Part shown: piece by piece, positions 47,252 to 57,800 of the stretch
How the letters are laid out: the number at the start of each line of letters is the position of its first letter
How positions within the stretch are numbered: position 1 is the first letter of the stretch
Assembly: GCA_002841395.1 (NCBI GenBank)
Contig: PGZM01000003.1
Coordinates: forward strand, 130,554 to 194,553
Direction of reading: 5' to 3'
From: Firmicutes bacterium HGW-Firmicutes-9
Lineage (GTDB): Bacteria; Bacillota; Clostridia; Christensenellales; CAG-138
DNA: 64,000 nt
The notes under the pieces: generated by a model
The model's input: the letters and a program-made list of their open reading frames with translations, nothing else
The model's database searches: none
Told to the model about the DNA's origin: nothing
Made by a program: the position numbers and the translations under genes

Positions 47252-48329
47252 ATTCGGAAACACCCTGCGCGTAAGCGTATTTGGCGAGTCTCACGGGCGC
47301 GCCATCGGCGTCACGATGCAGAACCTGCCCGCAGGCGAAGAGATCGATCTCAACGCGCTGGAGGCGTTACTAGACCGGCGTAAGCCGGGCAAAAACGCGC
47401 TGTCCACCGCGCGGCATGAGCCGGATCGGCCTGTGATTCTCTCCGGCTTACTCGAAGGGAAAACGACCGGCAGCCCGCTCTGCGCGATCATCGAAAATCG
47501 CGACGCGCGCTCCCGCGACTATGCGGAACTCGCGGACAAACCCCGGCCCGGACACGCGGACTACACCGCCTATCTCAAGTGGGCAGGGCAGGCGGATATG
47601 CGCGGAGGCGGACACTTTTCTGGTAGGCTGACAGCGCCTCTGTGCATCGCGGGCGGCATCGCAAAACAGATTCTCGCACGCAAGAATATCTTCGTCGGCG
47701 CGCACCTCGCTGCCGTCGCGGGCATCGCGGACGAAGCCTTCCCGCTGCATCCGACGCAGACACAGTTTGACGAGATCGCAGGAAAAGACTTTCCCGTGAT
47801 CGACGACGCAAGGGGCTGCGACATGCAGGAAGCGATTCTAGCCGCGTCTCACGCGGGAGATTCTGTCGGCGGCGTGATCGAATGCGCGGCAATCGGCGTT
47901 CCCGGCGGCATCGGAAACCCGATGTTCGACGGCATCGAAAACAGGCTTTCCGCAGCGATCTTCGGTATCCCCGCCGTGAAGGGGCTGGAGTTTGGCGCAG
48001 GATTTGCGGCAGCCGCCATGCACGGCAGCGAGAACAACGACCCTTATCGCATGGATGATGCGGGAAACATCACCACGACCACGAACCACGCGGGCGGCAT
48101 TCTCGGCGGCATCTCGACGGGACAGCCAATCGTGCTGCGCGTAGCGATGAAGCCCACGCCTTCGATTGCAAAACCGCAGCAGACCGTGAGCCTTTCCAGA
48201 ATGGAAAACGCGGAGCTCATCGTTCATGGAAGACATGATCCCTGCGTCGCGCACCGCGCGGTGCCGGTGGTTGAGGCGGTGACAGCGCTCGTGCTGTTGG
48301 ACTTTTTACTGGAACAAACCAATCTTTAA
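47241..48329 (+). CDS. aroC: Chorismate synthase
   Basis: FGESHG, RPGHAD, RGGGHFSGR, GGILGGIS, KPTPSI, GRHDPC. Confidence 0.96.
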   Translation: MSSEFGNTLRVSVFGESHGRAIGVTMQNLPAGEEIDLNALEALLDRRKPGKNALSTARHEPDRPVILSGLLEGKTTGSPLCAIIENRDARSRDYAELADKPRPGHADYTAYLKWAGQADMRGGGHFSGRLTAPLCIAGGIAKQILARKNIFVGAHLAAVAGIADEAFPLHPTQTQFDEIAGKDFPVIDDARGCDMQEAILAASHAGDSVGGVIECAAIGVPGGIGNPMFDGIENRLSAAIFGIPAVKGLEFGAGFAAAAMHGSENNDPYRMDDAGNITTTTNHAGGILGGISTGQPIVLRVAMKPTPSIAKPQQTVSLSRMENAELIVHGRHDPCVAHRAVPVVEAVTALVLLDFLLEQTNL

Positions 48330-48387
48330 TGAGAACACTTCAGCGGGGCGACGATGTGGTTGCGCGCTGTGATAAGGAGAGGAAGAC

Positions 48388-49527
48388 ATGGAAATCGAAC
48401 AGATTCGCAAACAGGTCGACGTTATCGACAGCCAGCTACTCAAGCTCTTTTTGGAGCGTATGCATCTCGGCGAAGAGATCGCAGCCTATAAGCGGAAGCA
48501 CAACCTGCCCGTGCTGAACAAATCGCGGGAGCGGGAAATCCTCGCGCGCGTGCAGCAGGAGGCGGGCGAGATGGAGCCGTATGCATATCAGCTCTTCACC
48601 ACGCTGATCGAGCTGAACAAAGTGCGCCAGACCGAGCTGTATTCGCCGCCGTCACGCGTGCGAACACAGATCGAAGGTGCGCTGGCAGCGCCGGAAGAGG
48701 TGTTCCCGCGTACGGGCACGATCGCGTGTCAGGGTGTCGAGGGCGCGAACTCTCAGGCGGCCTGCGACAAGATTTTGCCGCGTGGCAACATCATGTATGT
48801 CAAAAGCTTTGAGGCGGTGTTTGACGCGGTGGAATCCGGCCTGTGCCAGTTCGGCGTGCTGCCCATCGAAAACAGCGCGAACGGCTCCGTGCGCACGGTC
48901 TATGATCTGCTGCAGCGCAAGCGTTTCTCCATCGTGCGCGGTACGACGCTGCATATCCGCCATGAACTGCTTGCAAAGCCCGGCACAAAGCTTTCCGACA
49001 TCACGGAGATCTATTCCCACGAACAGGCGATCGGCCAGTGCAGCCGGTATCTTGCGAGCCTGAACGGCAAGGTGAAGGTGATTCCCTGCGCAAACACGGC
49101 GGTTGCGGCGAAGATGGTCGCAGAAGGCATCAACCCGCACGCGGCTGCAATCAGCTCGCATGCTTGCGCGGAACTCTACGGCTTAACCATGCTGCGCGAC
49201 GACATACAGGATAGCGAAAACAACTACACGCGCTTCATCTGCATCGCGAAGAACCCCATCATCTACGCGGGTTCGAACAAGATCAGCCTGATTCTGGACT
49301 GCAAAAACGAGCCGGGTGCGCTGAACAGCATTCTCACGAAGATCTCGGCCTACGGCGTGAACACCAGCAAGATTGAAAGCTGCCCAGTGACTGGGCGCAA
49401 CTTTGAGTTCATCTTCTTCTTTGACCTCGACGCAGGCGTGCGCGAGCAGGGCGTGCTGCCGATGCTGGAGGAGCTGGAGCGCATCAGCGAAAGCTTCACG
49501 TTCCTTGGCAACTATTCCATCATATAA
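48388..49527 (+). CDS. pheA: Bifunctional chorismate mutase / prephenate dehydratase
   Basis: N-terminal CM domain (IRKQVDVID...RE), LPIENS, SHEQAIGQC, NYTRF, and C-terminal ACT domain. Confidence 0.93.
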   Translation: MEIEQIRKQVDVIDSQLLKLFLERMHLGEEIAAYKRKHNLPVLNKSREREILARVQQEAGEMEPYAYQLFTTLIELNKVRQTELYSPPSRVRTQIEGALAAPEEVFPRTGTIACQGVEGANSQAACDKILPRGNIMYVKSFEAVFDAVESGLCQFGVLPIENSANGSVRTVYDLLQRKRFSIVRGTTLHIRHELLAKPGTKLSDITEIYSHEQAIGQCSRYLASLNGKVKVIPCANTAVAAKMVAEGINPHAAAISSHACAELYGLTMLRDDIQDSENNYTRFICIAKNPIIYAGSNKISLILDCKNEPGALNSILTKISAYGVNTSKIESCPVTGRNFEFIFFFDLDAGVREQGVLPMLEELERISESFTFLGNYSII

Positions 49528-49556
49528 TCACTACGATTTAAACGGGTGAAACGAAC

Positions 49557-50798
49557 ATGAAAGAGCGCATATACGGACTTCTCGGGCGGACGTTGAAGCA
49601 CAGTTTTTCTGTGCCGATTCATCGCGCGCTTGGAAACGACGGCTATGCGCTCTTTGAATTGGAGCCGGATGCGCTCGACGTATTTCTTTCGCGGGACGAC
49701 ATCGGCGGGCTGAACGTCACGATCCCCTATAAGCGGGATGTGATGGCGTATTGCGACGTGTTGGACGACACCGCGCGCGAGATCGGCAGCGTGAACACGA
49801 TTGTACGCCGCACGGACGGCAGGCTTGCGTGCTATAACACCGATGCGTACGGGCTGACATACATGGCATCCCGCGCGGGGATTACACTTTCGGGCAAAAA
49901 GGTCGTTATCCTCGGCAGCGGCGGCGCGTCGCTGACCGCACAATACGTTGCAAAGACGGCGGGTGCCGCCGAAACCGTCGTCGTTTCGCGGTCGGGAGAG
50001 AACGATTATCAAAACATCTCCCGCCACGCCGACGCGCAGATTTTGATCAACACGACCCCGGTGGGTATGTATCCGCATACGGGCGAGCTGCCGCTGGATC
50101 CCGCGCAGTTTCCGATGCTGCAAGGCGTGCTGGAGCTGGTCTACAACCCGCGCAGGACCGCGCTTGCGTTTCGCGCGGCGGAGCTGGGCATTCCCTGCGG
50201 CGAGGGATTGGCGATGCTTGTGGCGCAGGCGAAAGCCGCGGAGGAGCTGTTCTTTGGCTGCGCGATTGAGGACGCAGAAAACGAACGCATTCTCAAGCTC
50301 CTGCGGCAGACCACGCAGAACATCGTGCTCATCGGCATGCCGGGCAGCGGGAAGACGACCATCGGCGCGGCGCTTGCCAAACGGACGAACAGAACCGCAG
50401 TCGATCTGGACGAACAGATCGTGAAAGCAGCCGGAATGTCGATCCCGCAGATTTTTGCCACATCTGGCGAAGCCGCGTTCCGCGCAATGGAACGTGAGCA
50501 GGCGCAGAAGTGGGGCAAAGAGAGCGGGCTGATTCTCGTGACCGGCGGCGGCATCGTCAAGGACGAACGAAATTATCAGTCACTCAAGCAAAACGGACGC
50601 ATTTATGAGATCCAGCGTGACCTAGGGCTGTTGCCGCGCGAAGGAAGACCGCTCTCACAAAGCAGCGACCTTGCCGGGATGCAGCGCGAGCGCGCGCCGC
50701 TTTACAAACGCTTCCGTGATGTGGAGTTTGAGAACAGGACAACGCCGGAAGATGCGGCAAACCGCATCTGGCAGGATTTTTGCGACAACGTGGACTGA
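49557..50798 (+). CDS. aroE: Shikimate dehydrogenase - shikimate kinase fusion
   Basis: N-terminal NVTIPYK, SVNT, NTDAYG, GSGGA, NTTPVG. C-terminal IGMPGSGKTT, GEAAFR, TGGG, RPL. Confidence 0.92.
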   Translation: MKERIYGLLGRTLKHSFSVPIHRALGNDGYALFELEPDALDVFLSRDDIGGLNVTIPYKRDVMAYCDVLDDTAREIGSVNTIVRRTDGRLACYNTDAYGLTYMASRAGITLSGKKVVILGSGGASLTAQYVAKTAGAAETVVVSRSGENDYQNISRHADAQILINTTPVGMYPHTGELPLDPAQFPMLQGVLELVYNPRRTALAFRAAELGIPCGEGLAMLVAQAKAAEELFFGCAIEDAENERILKLLRQTTQNIVLIGMPGSGKTTIGAALAKRTNRTAVDLDEQIVKAAGMSIPQIFATSGEAAFRAMEREQAQKWGKESGLILVTGGGIVKDERNYQSLKQNGRIYEIQRDLGLLPREGRPLSQSSDLAGMQRERAPLYKRFRDVEFENRTTPEDAANRIWQDFCDNVD

Positions 50799-50814
50799 AA
50801 CGGGAGGACGGAAC

Positions 50815-51243
50815 ATGAAGATTCTCGTGATTAACGGGCCGAACCTGAATATATTGGGACTTCGCGAGCCGGATATCTACGGTAAACGTACTTATTCTGA
50901 CTTGATTCAAATGATTCGCGAAGAGGCGGATCGGCTTGATGTTACAGTCGAGTTTGTCCAGAGCAACCATGAGGGTGCGCTGGTGGACGCGATACAAGGC
51001 GCGTATCAAACGGCGGACGGCATCGTCATCAACCCCGGAGCGTACACGCACACGAGCGTTGCGCTGCTGGACGCGGTGAAGGCTGTCGGCGTGCCGACGG
51101 TGGAAGTACATATCTCCGACCCCGATACCCGCGAGGAATTCCGCAAGGTGTCCTATATCCGCGCGGCTTGCGTCGCGAGCATCAAAGGCCACGGGCTGGA
51201 GGGATATCTCGAAGCGCTGCGCTTTCTGGCGAACAGAAAGTAA
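50815..51243 (+). CDS. aroQ: Type II 3-dehydroquinate dehydratase
   Basis: INGPNLNILGLREP.IYG, QSNHEG, INPGAYTHTS, EVHIS. Confidence 0.96.
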   Translation: MKILVINGPNLNILGLREPDIYGKRTYSDLIQMIREEADRLDVTVEFVQSNHEGALVDAIQGAYQTADGIVINPGAYTHTSVALLDAVKAVGVPTVEVHISDPDTREEFRKVSYIRAACVASIKGHGLEGYLEALRFLANRK

Positions 51244-51260
51244 ACGCATACTAGCGTTGC

Positions 51261-51299
51261 AAAAAAAAGAGCTTCCGGTTGTTCGCCGGAAGCTCTTTC
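51261..51299. terminator. Bidirectional terminator at the end of the aro operon
   Basis: AAAGAGCTTCCGG...CCGGAAGCTCTTT. Confidence 0.8.
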
Positions 51300-51312
51300 T
51301 GTTTATATGCGT

Positions 51313-52626
51313 TTAGTTCTCCGTATCGTAGCGCATGGGGTCTTTTGCCGTCACACGCTTGACGAGCAGGAGGAACAGCAAGCCCACCACGAGGAAGACG
51401 ATGATCGACCCGATCGCCCAGTACAGGCCATTGTGCTCCGCGGTGACCGCGTCGAAACCATGTTTGAGATACCAGTTGTTCATGCGGAAGGACAGCGTTC
51501 CGAACACAAGCGGGCCGATGAACGTTGACGTGCGCCCCGCGACGGAAAGGAAGCCGTAGAACTCCGCAACCTTGGCGGCGGGTGCGAGCTGACTGACCAT
51601 CGATCGACTGACCGCCTGCGCGCCGGAGAGCGAGAAGCCGGCGAAGAAACCGACCACGAAGAACAGCGCGAGGCTCTTGACGAGAAACAGCGCTACGATG
51701 CAGGCAATCAGCATCACGAGAGAAATCAGGATCGAATCCTTGCTACTGTAGCGATCGGAAATCTTGCCAAAGAGCAGCGCGCCAGCCGAGCCGGAGATCT
51801 GGATGACGATGACGAACAGGATCAGCTGGGTTTGCGTCATGCCAAACAGCGTTGCTCCAATGATCGCCGCAAAATCCATCAGCATCATGATGCCGTCGTT
51901 GTAGATCAAGAACGCAATGGTGTACTTGATGAACTCCTTATAGCTCTTGATCGAGCGGATGGTTTGCGCAAGGCGCTCGAACGCAACACGGATGTTGCCT
52001 TTTTCGGGCTTTTCGCCGGATGCCTCATCGACTTCCTTTACCCAAAGCAGCGTAGGGATCGAGGAGAGCAGATAGAACGCCGCGGTGATGAGAAACGCGA
52101 TCGGAACAAAGAAACCCTTGATCAGCTGAATCGGAATCAGCACGAGGATGAGCGCCGCGATGCCGCCGAGCATACCGATCGCCCAGCCTTTGCCGGAGAC
52201 GGAACCGATGTTTTCCGGCGTGGAGACGGAGGTGAGCAGCGCGTCGTAAAACACCTGCGCGCCGCGGTAACCGATCTCCGCGATAATAAAATAGAGCATA
52301 CCGGTGAATACATCACCCTTACGCACGAAGAACAGCATCGCAGTAAACACGATGGACAACGCGGTGAAGGCCATCAAAAACGCTTTTTTCTTTTTGGAAT
52401 AGTCAGCGATGGTGCCGAGAATGGGGGAGATCACAGCGACAACAACTGCCGCGATGCCGACGGAGATGCCCCAGAGGCGTGTTCCCTCCGCGCCGCCGAC
52501 GACAGAGCCTTTGAAATAGGCGGAGTATACGGCGAGAAGGATTACGGACGCATAGGCAGAGTTGCCGAAGTCATAAAAATACCAGGACCAGCGAGGCCGC
52601 TTATTGGGATCATGTGGCTTTTTCAT
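51313..52626 (-). CDS. MFS transporter (ATG22/UMF1-like)
   Basis: WYFYDFGNSAY, SPILGTIAD, FYDALL, FLIYNDG, AEFYGF. Start behind GGAGGT. Confidence 0.85.
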   Translation of the reverse strand: MKKPHDPNKRPRWSWYFYDFGNSAYASVILLAVYSAYFKGSVVGGAEGTRLWGISVGIAAVVVAVISPILGTIADYSKKKKAFLMAFTALSIVFTAMLFFVRKGDVFTGMLYFIIAEIGYRGAQVFYDALLTSVSTPENIGSVSGKGWAIGMLGGIAALILVLIPIQLIKGFFVPIAFLITAAFYLLSSIPTLLWVKEVDEASGEKPEKGNIRVAFERLAQTIRSIKSYKEFIKYTIAFLIYNDGIMMLMDFAAIIGATLFGMTQTQLILFVIVIQISGSAGALLFGKISDRYSSKDSILISLVMLIACIVALFLVKSLALFFVVGFFAGFSLSGAQAVSRSMVSQLAPAAKVAEFYGFLSVAGRTSTFIGPLVFGTLSFRMNNWYLKHGFDAVTAEHNGLYWAIGSIIVFLVVGLLFLLLVKRVTAKDPMRYDTEN

Positions 52627-52968
52627 CAACATTACCTCCAACACTACAATATGAATGGCGTTGGGATGCGGGAGGATTCCATCCCGGATGATAGGAAATG
52701 CCTCTATGTCGTCTCCCGATGGGATCATTGCGGAGCGCGGGAAGAAATTCGCCCCTATGGATGCAAGGACTATGTAAACTCCCCTGATTATCCACATTGT
52801 ACTCCTGCGCAGGAAAGCCGGCAATGTGGAAAACGCGAAAAAGACTCGAAACACCGGCACATCAGGGTTATTTTACGGACGAAACGGAAAAAGGCGGTGA
52901 GAAAGTAAAATCCCCCGCGAAATTGCGGGGGAATGTGAGTCGTACTGATTTCGTTTTGCGTAATGCGA

Positions 52969-53280
52969 TTAGATACCGGAGCCGTTGTCCTTAGAGCCAA
53001 AGGCGTTGTTGACCGCGTCCTTGACGTCCTCCGCCGCATTCTTCGCGCGCTGGGTAAACTCCGGCGCTTTCTGCTGGATCGAAGCGGAAGCCTCCTGATA
53101 GACCTCGACGGCTGCTTTCTTCACTTCTTCAAAGTAATCCTTGGCGTCGACCTTGCCGTCGCCGTTGACATCCTGAATGCCGTCGGGATTGTTCTCCTTC
53201 ACCTGATCGGCCACCTTCACTGCGGCGACGGTTGCGCCGACGGTTACGCCGATGCCCAAAAGACGTTTTATAAAACCCAT
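52969..53280 (-). CDS. Small membrane-anchored protein with a DxDxDG-type Ca-binding loop
   Basis: Start MGFIKRLLG behind AAGGAGG, hydrophobic N-terminus, DVNGDGKVDAKD, helical tail. A hairpin follows at about 52910-52932. Confidence 0.7.
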   Translation of the reverse strand: MGFIKRLLGIGVTVGATVAAVKVADQVKENNPDGIQDVNGDGKVDAKDYFEEVKKAAVEVYQEASASIQQKAPEFTQRAKNAAEDVKDAVNNAFGSKDNGSGI

Positions 53281-53425
53281 AGCGGTAACCTCCTTGTTTT
53301 CTACAATTATAGTAGATTGCGTGTGCGCTGACAATAGCGTGCCTGTGACGCAACTGTTACCTGTGTATGAAAAAACGGAACCTGACAAAAGCCAGATTCC
53401 GTTTGATTGCTTGGATGATATTCGA

Positions 53426-54565
53426 TTACTTGCCGAACAGCGCGAGCAGAACGCCTGCCGCAACCGCGGAACCGATAACGCCTGCGACGTTCGGGCCGAT
53501 GGCGTGCATGAGCAGGAAGTTCTTCGGGTTGGCCTTCTGGCCTTCCAGATGGGACACGCGCGCCGCCATCGGAACGGCGGAAACGCCTGCGGAACCGATC
53601 AGCGGGTTGACTTTACCACCGGAGAGCGCGTACATCAGCTTGCCGAGCAACAGTCCGCCGACGGTGCTGAACATGAACGCAACGAGGCCGAGGCCGATGA
53701 TCATCAGCGTTTCGGCACGCAGGAACGTGGTCGCGGATGCAGTCGCACCGACGGTTACGCCGAGGAAGATGGTCACGATGTTGATCAGCGCGTTTTGCGC
53801 GGTATCGGAGAGACGCTCCACAACGCCGCACTCACGGAAGAGGTTGCCGAGCATCAGCATGCCGATGAGCGGTGCGACGGACGGGAGCAGCAGGATGCAC
53901 AGGATCGAAACGATGATCGGGAAGCAAACCTTCTCAAGTTTGGAAACCGGGCGCAGCTGCACCATGATGGTTTCGCGCTCTTTCTTCGTGGTGAGCATGC
54001 GCATGATCGGCGGCTGAATGATCGGGATCAGCGCCATGTAGGAATACGCTGCGATGGCGATTGCGGGAAGCAGATCCGGCGCAAGACGCGTGGTGAGGTA
54101 GATGGCCGTCGGGCCGTCCGCACCGCCGATGATGCCGATGGAGGCAGCTTCCGCCGGGGTGAACCCGAGCGCATTGGAGATGACAAACGCAACCGCGATG
54201 CCGAACTGTGCGCCGGCGCCAAGGAAGAGGCTGCTGGGGTTCGCGATCAAGGGACCGAAGTCCGTCATCGCGCCGATGCCGAGGAAGATCAGCGACGGGT
54301 AGATGCCGAGCTTAACGCCCTTGTAGAGGTAATACAGCAGACCGCCGACTTCACCTTCGGATTCGGGGCCGGACATCAAGCCCGTGAGGGGCAGGTTTGC
54401 CAGCAGCATGCCGAACGCGATCGGAAGAAGGAGCAGCGGCTCGAATTTCTTGACGATTGCAAGATAGATCAAGACCAAAGACACCGCGATCATGACTGCC
54501 TGCTGCCAGGTCAGTGCGCTGAAGCCGGACGATGCCAAGAGATTGGATAATGCTTCTGTTAACAT
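53426..54565 (-). CDS. oadB: Na+-translocating decarboxylase beta subunit
   Basis: [57 protein letters not shown]. Confidence 0.95.
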   Translation of the reverse strand: MLTEALSNLLASSGFSALTWQQAVMIAVSLVLIYLAIVKKFEPLLLLPIAFGMLLANLPLTGLMSGPESEGEVGGLLYYLYKGVKLGIYPSLIFLGIGAMTDFGPLIANPSSLFLGAGAQFGIAVAFVISNALGFTPAEAASIGIIGGADGPTAIYLTTRLAPDLLPAIAIAAYSYMALIPIIQPPIMRMLTTKKERETIMVQLRPVSKLEKVCFPIIVSILCILLLPSVAPLIGMLMLGNLFRECGVVERLSDTAQNALINIVTIFLGVTVGATASATTFLRAETLMIIGLGLVAFMFSTVGGLLLGKLMYALSGGKVNPLIGSAGVSAVPMAARVSHLEGQKANPKNFLLMHAIGPNVAGVIGSAVAAGVLLALFGK

Positions 54566-54596
54566 GATGTTCTCCTTTGCTTAACTAGTTGTGTGA

Positions 54597-54746
54597 TTAG
54601 CGAGCGGCTTTTTTGATTTTCGCCGCGTTTTCTGCCGTCTCGACGATCAAAGAGAACAGCACCACAAACAGGTACAAAGCAAAGAGCGCGAGAAAGACGA
54701 TAGAGATGATAAACAGAGCAACCAAAAGGCTTTCAACAAAAGACAC
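54597..54746 (-). CDS. Small single-TM protein, OadG-like gamma subunit (49 aa)
   Basis: Not in the ORF track. GTG start behind AAGGGGG gives MSFVESLLVALFIISIVFLALFALYLFVVLFSLIVETAENAAKIKKAAR. Directly upstream of oadB. Confidence 0.7.
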   Translation of the reverse strand: MSFVESLLVALFIISIVFLALFALYLFVVLFSLIVETAENAAKIKKAAR

Positions 54747-55232
54747 AGAATAACCCCCTTACAGTTACCAAGCCGATGCAACCCGCACCGGCCCATGCAG
54801 AATAGTATATGATTCCGGATTCGAGCCATCGTTTTGCGTATTTTCTCATCATCGTTGATGGACTTTACGCGTTGCCGAAATACTCCGAATTTACCGTAAA
54901 GAGTATATCAAATGCGATAGATTGTCAATCGTTTCTCACGGAAAAGTTCGATTGTTTTCATTGCCGTACGGAATCTTCTGCGCAGGGCCAGCACACAGGC
55001 GCATTCTTTTCGGGAACCGCGTGATATACTATAGAAAAACTGATTTGTGAGCGCAATGATGTTTCGAAATCAACTTTCGCGCCTGACGCCGGCGCTTCTA
55101 AAGATGGTGGAAACGGGCGCAAACAATCGAACCGCGCTGATCTCGATCATGGATCATAAGCGCGATGGTACAAATCGGTATCCGTCCGCGCGGCATGCGC
55201 TGGAAAACCTGAGGGAAAGAAGGACAGAAACG

Positions 55233-55793
55233 ATGCCAAAGCAACGAAAGATACTCTATTCGCGAGACAGCGCGTGCATTCAGCCGCTTCGGCAATTGAT
55301 GGAGGAGCAGGCCCATCGCGTGCTTGTCGCTTGGGCACTCGACTGCGCTGCGCGTCCGCTTGCTTTTTTTGAAGAGCGCATTCCGGCCGAACTGCGCCCG
55401 CGCGAGGCGACAATCGTGAGCCGCATGTGGGCGGAGGGCGAGATCAAGATGCCGCTGGCACGACGCGCGATTCTACAGGCGCACGCGGCGGCAGGCGAGG
55501 CGGGCAAGCGGGATGCGATCGCGGAAGCAGCCGCAAGAGCCGTCGGGCACGCTTGCGCCACCGTTCACACGGAAACGCACGCGCTCGGACTCGTTTTCTA
55601 TTGGCTTACCGCGGTCGTGCGGCAGTGCGCGCCGGAAGAGCGAGAAACGCGCGAGAGCGAAGATCTGATTTGGTTTATGGAACGACTTCTCTACTGGCGG
55701 GATCACATCGAAGACTGGAATGCACCGTGGGCGAATTTTTTACTACGCGAGGCTCCGAACAAAGAGAAGCTTTTGCACGAACGAAAAGGATAA
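55233..55793 (+). CDS. Imm5-like (putative immunity) protein
   Basis: WALDCA..L..FE, RPREA, W.EGEIK, AHAAA, AARAVGHACATVH..HA. Confidence 0.65.
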   Translation: MPKQRKILYSRDSACIQPLRQLMEEQAHRVLVAWALDCAARPLAFFEERIPAELRPREATIVSRMWAEGEIKMPLARRAILQAHAAAGEAGKRDAIAEAAARAVGHACATVHTETHALGLVFYWLTAVVRQCAPEERETRESEDLIWFMERLLYWRDHIEDWNAPWANFLLREAPNKEKLLHERKG

Positions 55794-55860
55794 CACACGC
55801 AAACACAACAGCCCGCCAAATGGCGGGCTGTTTTTCGCGAGTAAATTGATTCGAAGAACT

Positions 55861-57093
55861 CTATTCTGCGGTTCTCGACGATAGATAATACAGCGGAATG
55901 GCAAGCACCTGCGCGCTGACGGAGACCGCGATCATCACCGGAATGCTCACATCGTACAGCGCGCCAAGCAGCCAACTGCCGAGGAACCAGAACACGCCGA
56001 AGACAAACTCAAAGATGCCGTAGCCTGTCGCTCTGCTCGCCTTGGGGACAATGCCCGCGACAGCCGCCTTTAGGATCGTCTCCTGCGCGCCCATGCCGAT
56101 GCCCCACATGGCGATGCCGACGAGCAACGCCGCGTTACCGGATGTGCCGAACACGAGCAGCGCAAACGGCGCGGAGAGCGCGGTGGATAGAATCAGCGCG
56201 CGCATGCCTTTTTTATCGTACATCAAACCGAAGATCATCGCGGCTGCGGCGTCGATGAGCATCGCGCCCGCGTAAAGCAACGGCAGCGTACCACTGTTGA
56301 CAAACGACGTTGCCTCCGATAGACCCGATGACAGCGCGGCGTGCGTGCGTGAAACGTGCATCAGGATCAATGAGTAGTCGATAAAGCCGAACGCAAATAG
56401 GCTGATGCCGCCGAGATATAATAGAAACTTCCGGTTGATGCGAAACGGCACGAGCTGCTTGGGTTCCGGTTCAAAGTGCTCCGGATTGGGAAACTTCCGC
56501 TTGGTCACGAACAGCATCAGAATGGTTGCGGCGGCGGGAATGATCAAAAGCCCGAGCGAGAAGGCATACCGCTCCTGTAAGCTGCCGCTCTGTTTGAACA
56601 ACAGGGTTACATACAGCATCACGGGGCCTAGGAACGCGCCTAGCTGATCGATCAACTCCGCGATTGCAAAGCTCTTGCCGACGCCTTCCTGTGTTGCGGC
56701 AAACGACATCAGCGTGCTCTTGGCGGGTTTCTTGATCGCCTTTCCGATGCGCTCGATCACGATCAGCGAACTTGCAAAGATCCAACCGTGTTCGCCCGAA
56801 AGCGCGAGCGCGGGAACCGCCAGTACGTCGATGACGTAACCTACGATGGTGATGAGCCAGTAGCGCTTGGTCTTGTCCGCAAAGCGCCCGAAGAGCAGCC
56901 GCAGGGAATAGCCCGCGAGTTCTCCGAGGCCGGAGACAAAACCGATGGTTGCGGCGGAAGCGCCGAGCAGGCTCAGGTAAGCGCCGCGAATGCTCGCAGC
57001 ACCTTCATGCGTCATATCAGAAAGCAGGCTAACGATGCTGAACAGCAGGATGAATGTCATCGCCGGGGTAAGCGCGTTGAACTTCTTTTTCAT
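55861..57093 (-). CDS. MFS transporter
   Basis: About 12 TM segments, SLLSDMTHEG, GRFADKT, ERIGKAIKKPA, DQLGAFLGP. Confidence 0.88.
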   Translation of the reverse strand: MKKKFNALTPAMTFILLFSIVSLLSDMTHEGAASIRGAYLSLLGASAATIGFVSGLGELAGYSLRLLFGRFADKTKRYWLITIVGYVIDVLAVPALALSGEHGWIFASSLIVIERIGKAIKKPAKSTLMSFAATQEGVGKSFAIAELIDQLGAFLGPVMLYVTLLFKQSGSLQERYAFSLGLLIIPAAATILMLFVTKRKFPNPEHFEPEPKQLVPFRINRKFLLYLGGISLFAFGFIDYSLILMHVSRTHAALSSGLSEATSFVNSGTLPLLYAGAMLIDAAAAMIFGLMYDKKGMRALILSTALSAPFALLVFGTSGNAALLVGIAMWGIGMGAQETILKAAVAGIVPKASRATGYGIFEFVFGVFWFLGSWLLGALYDVSIPVMIAVSVSAQVLAIPLYYLSSRTAE

Positions 57094-57227
57094 GATGGTT
57101 CCGTTTCTACGAGTGTAATGATTGCAGGTTCCATTTTATCCCGAAGGACGACATGCGTCAACGAACGGTGTCTATCATGAAGACAAATGCAACGTGTAGG
57201 AAGTTCCTAACGGTACCGTGCCGATGA

Positions 57228-57800
57228 TTATAGTTTCGGGAATGGCTGGTTAATAGTCTTCTGCTTTGGCTTGAAGTTGATAAAGCTTGCGGCAAAGAGC
57301 AGATAACCGATCAGCAGGTTGGTGACGAGTCCGCTCACGACCTCTGGCTCGTTCAGAAAATACGGAACATATGCGAACGACTGCGCGATCGTGACCCCTT
57401 CAGACTCGTGGAAGGCACGATAGATCGAGACCGCGATGCCGAGATATTCGGCTACGAGCGGCATCAGGAACGCAATGGCTGCGGCAAGGAACTTGCCAAG
57501 CTTGTTGATCCCGCCTGCCAGCTTCATGTAGCCAAAGATTGCGCCACGCACCATCAGAAAGCCGCAGATACCCGCGATATAGCCGAGTTGACCGATGATC
57601 ACCCAGAGGATGACGCCGGGGATGCTGCCTAGAAGCGCGCCGATCAAGCCGGAGACGATGGAGATATCGCGTTTTTCGGCAGTGAGATTGCTCAAGATCG
57701 CCTCGCTCGACGGTTGCGCGGGAGCCGGATCATACTGCATGGCTGCTGCCTGCGCGTCCGCCTCGACGACGGGAACGACGGGGGATGCTGGTTCATTCAT
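57228..57800 (-). CDS. Hypothetical membrane protein
   Basis: GLIGALLGSIPGVILWVII...GYIAGI, about four hydrophobic segments, RBS AGAGG. Confidence 0.7.
   Translation of the reverse strand: MNEPASPVVPVVEADAQAAAMQYDPAPAQPSSEAILSNLTAEKRDISIVSGLIGALLGSIPGVILWVIIGQLGYIAGICGFLMVRGAIFGYMKLAGGINKLGKFLAAAIAFLMPLVAEYLGIAVSIYRAFHESEGVTIAQSFAYVPYFLNEPEVVSGLVTNLLIGYLLFAASFINFKPKQKTINQPFPKL

Noticed and set aside
49557..50798. aroE-aroK fusion as a novelty
   Set aside because: To my knowledge such fusions are already common in Clostridia, so it is recorded only as a feature.
55030..55232. Possible riboswitch upstream of the Imm5-like gene
   Set aside because: Only scattered TGATG/CTGA words, with no coherent aptamer or expression platform.
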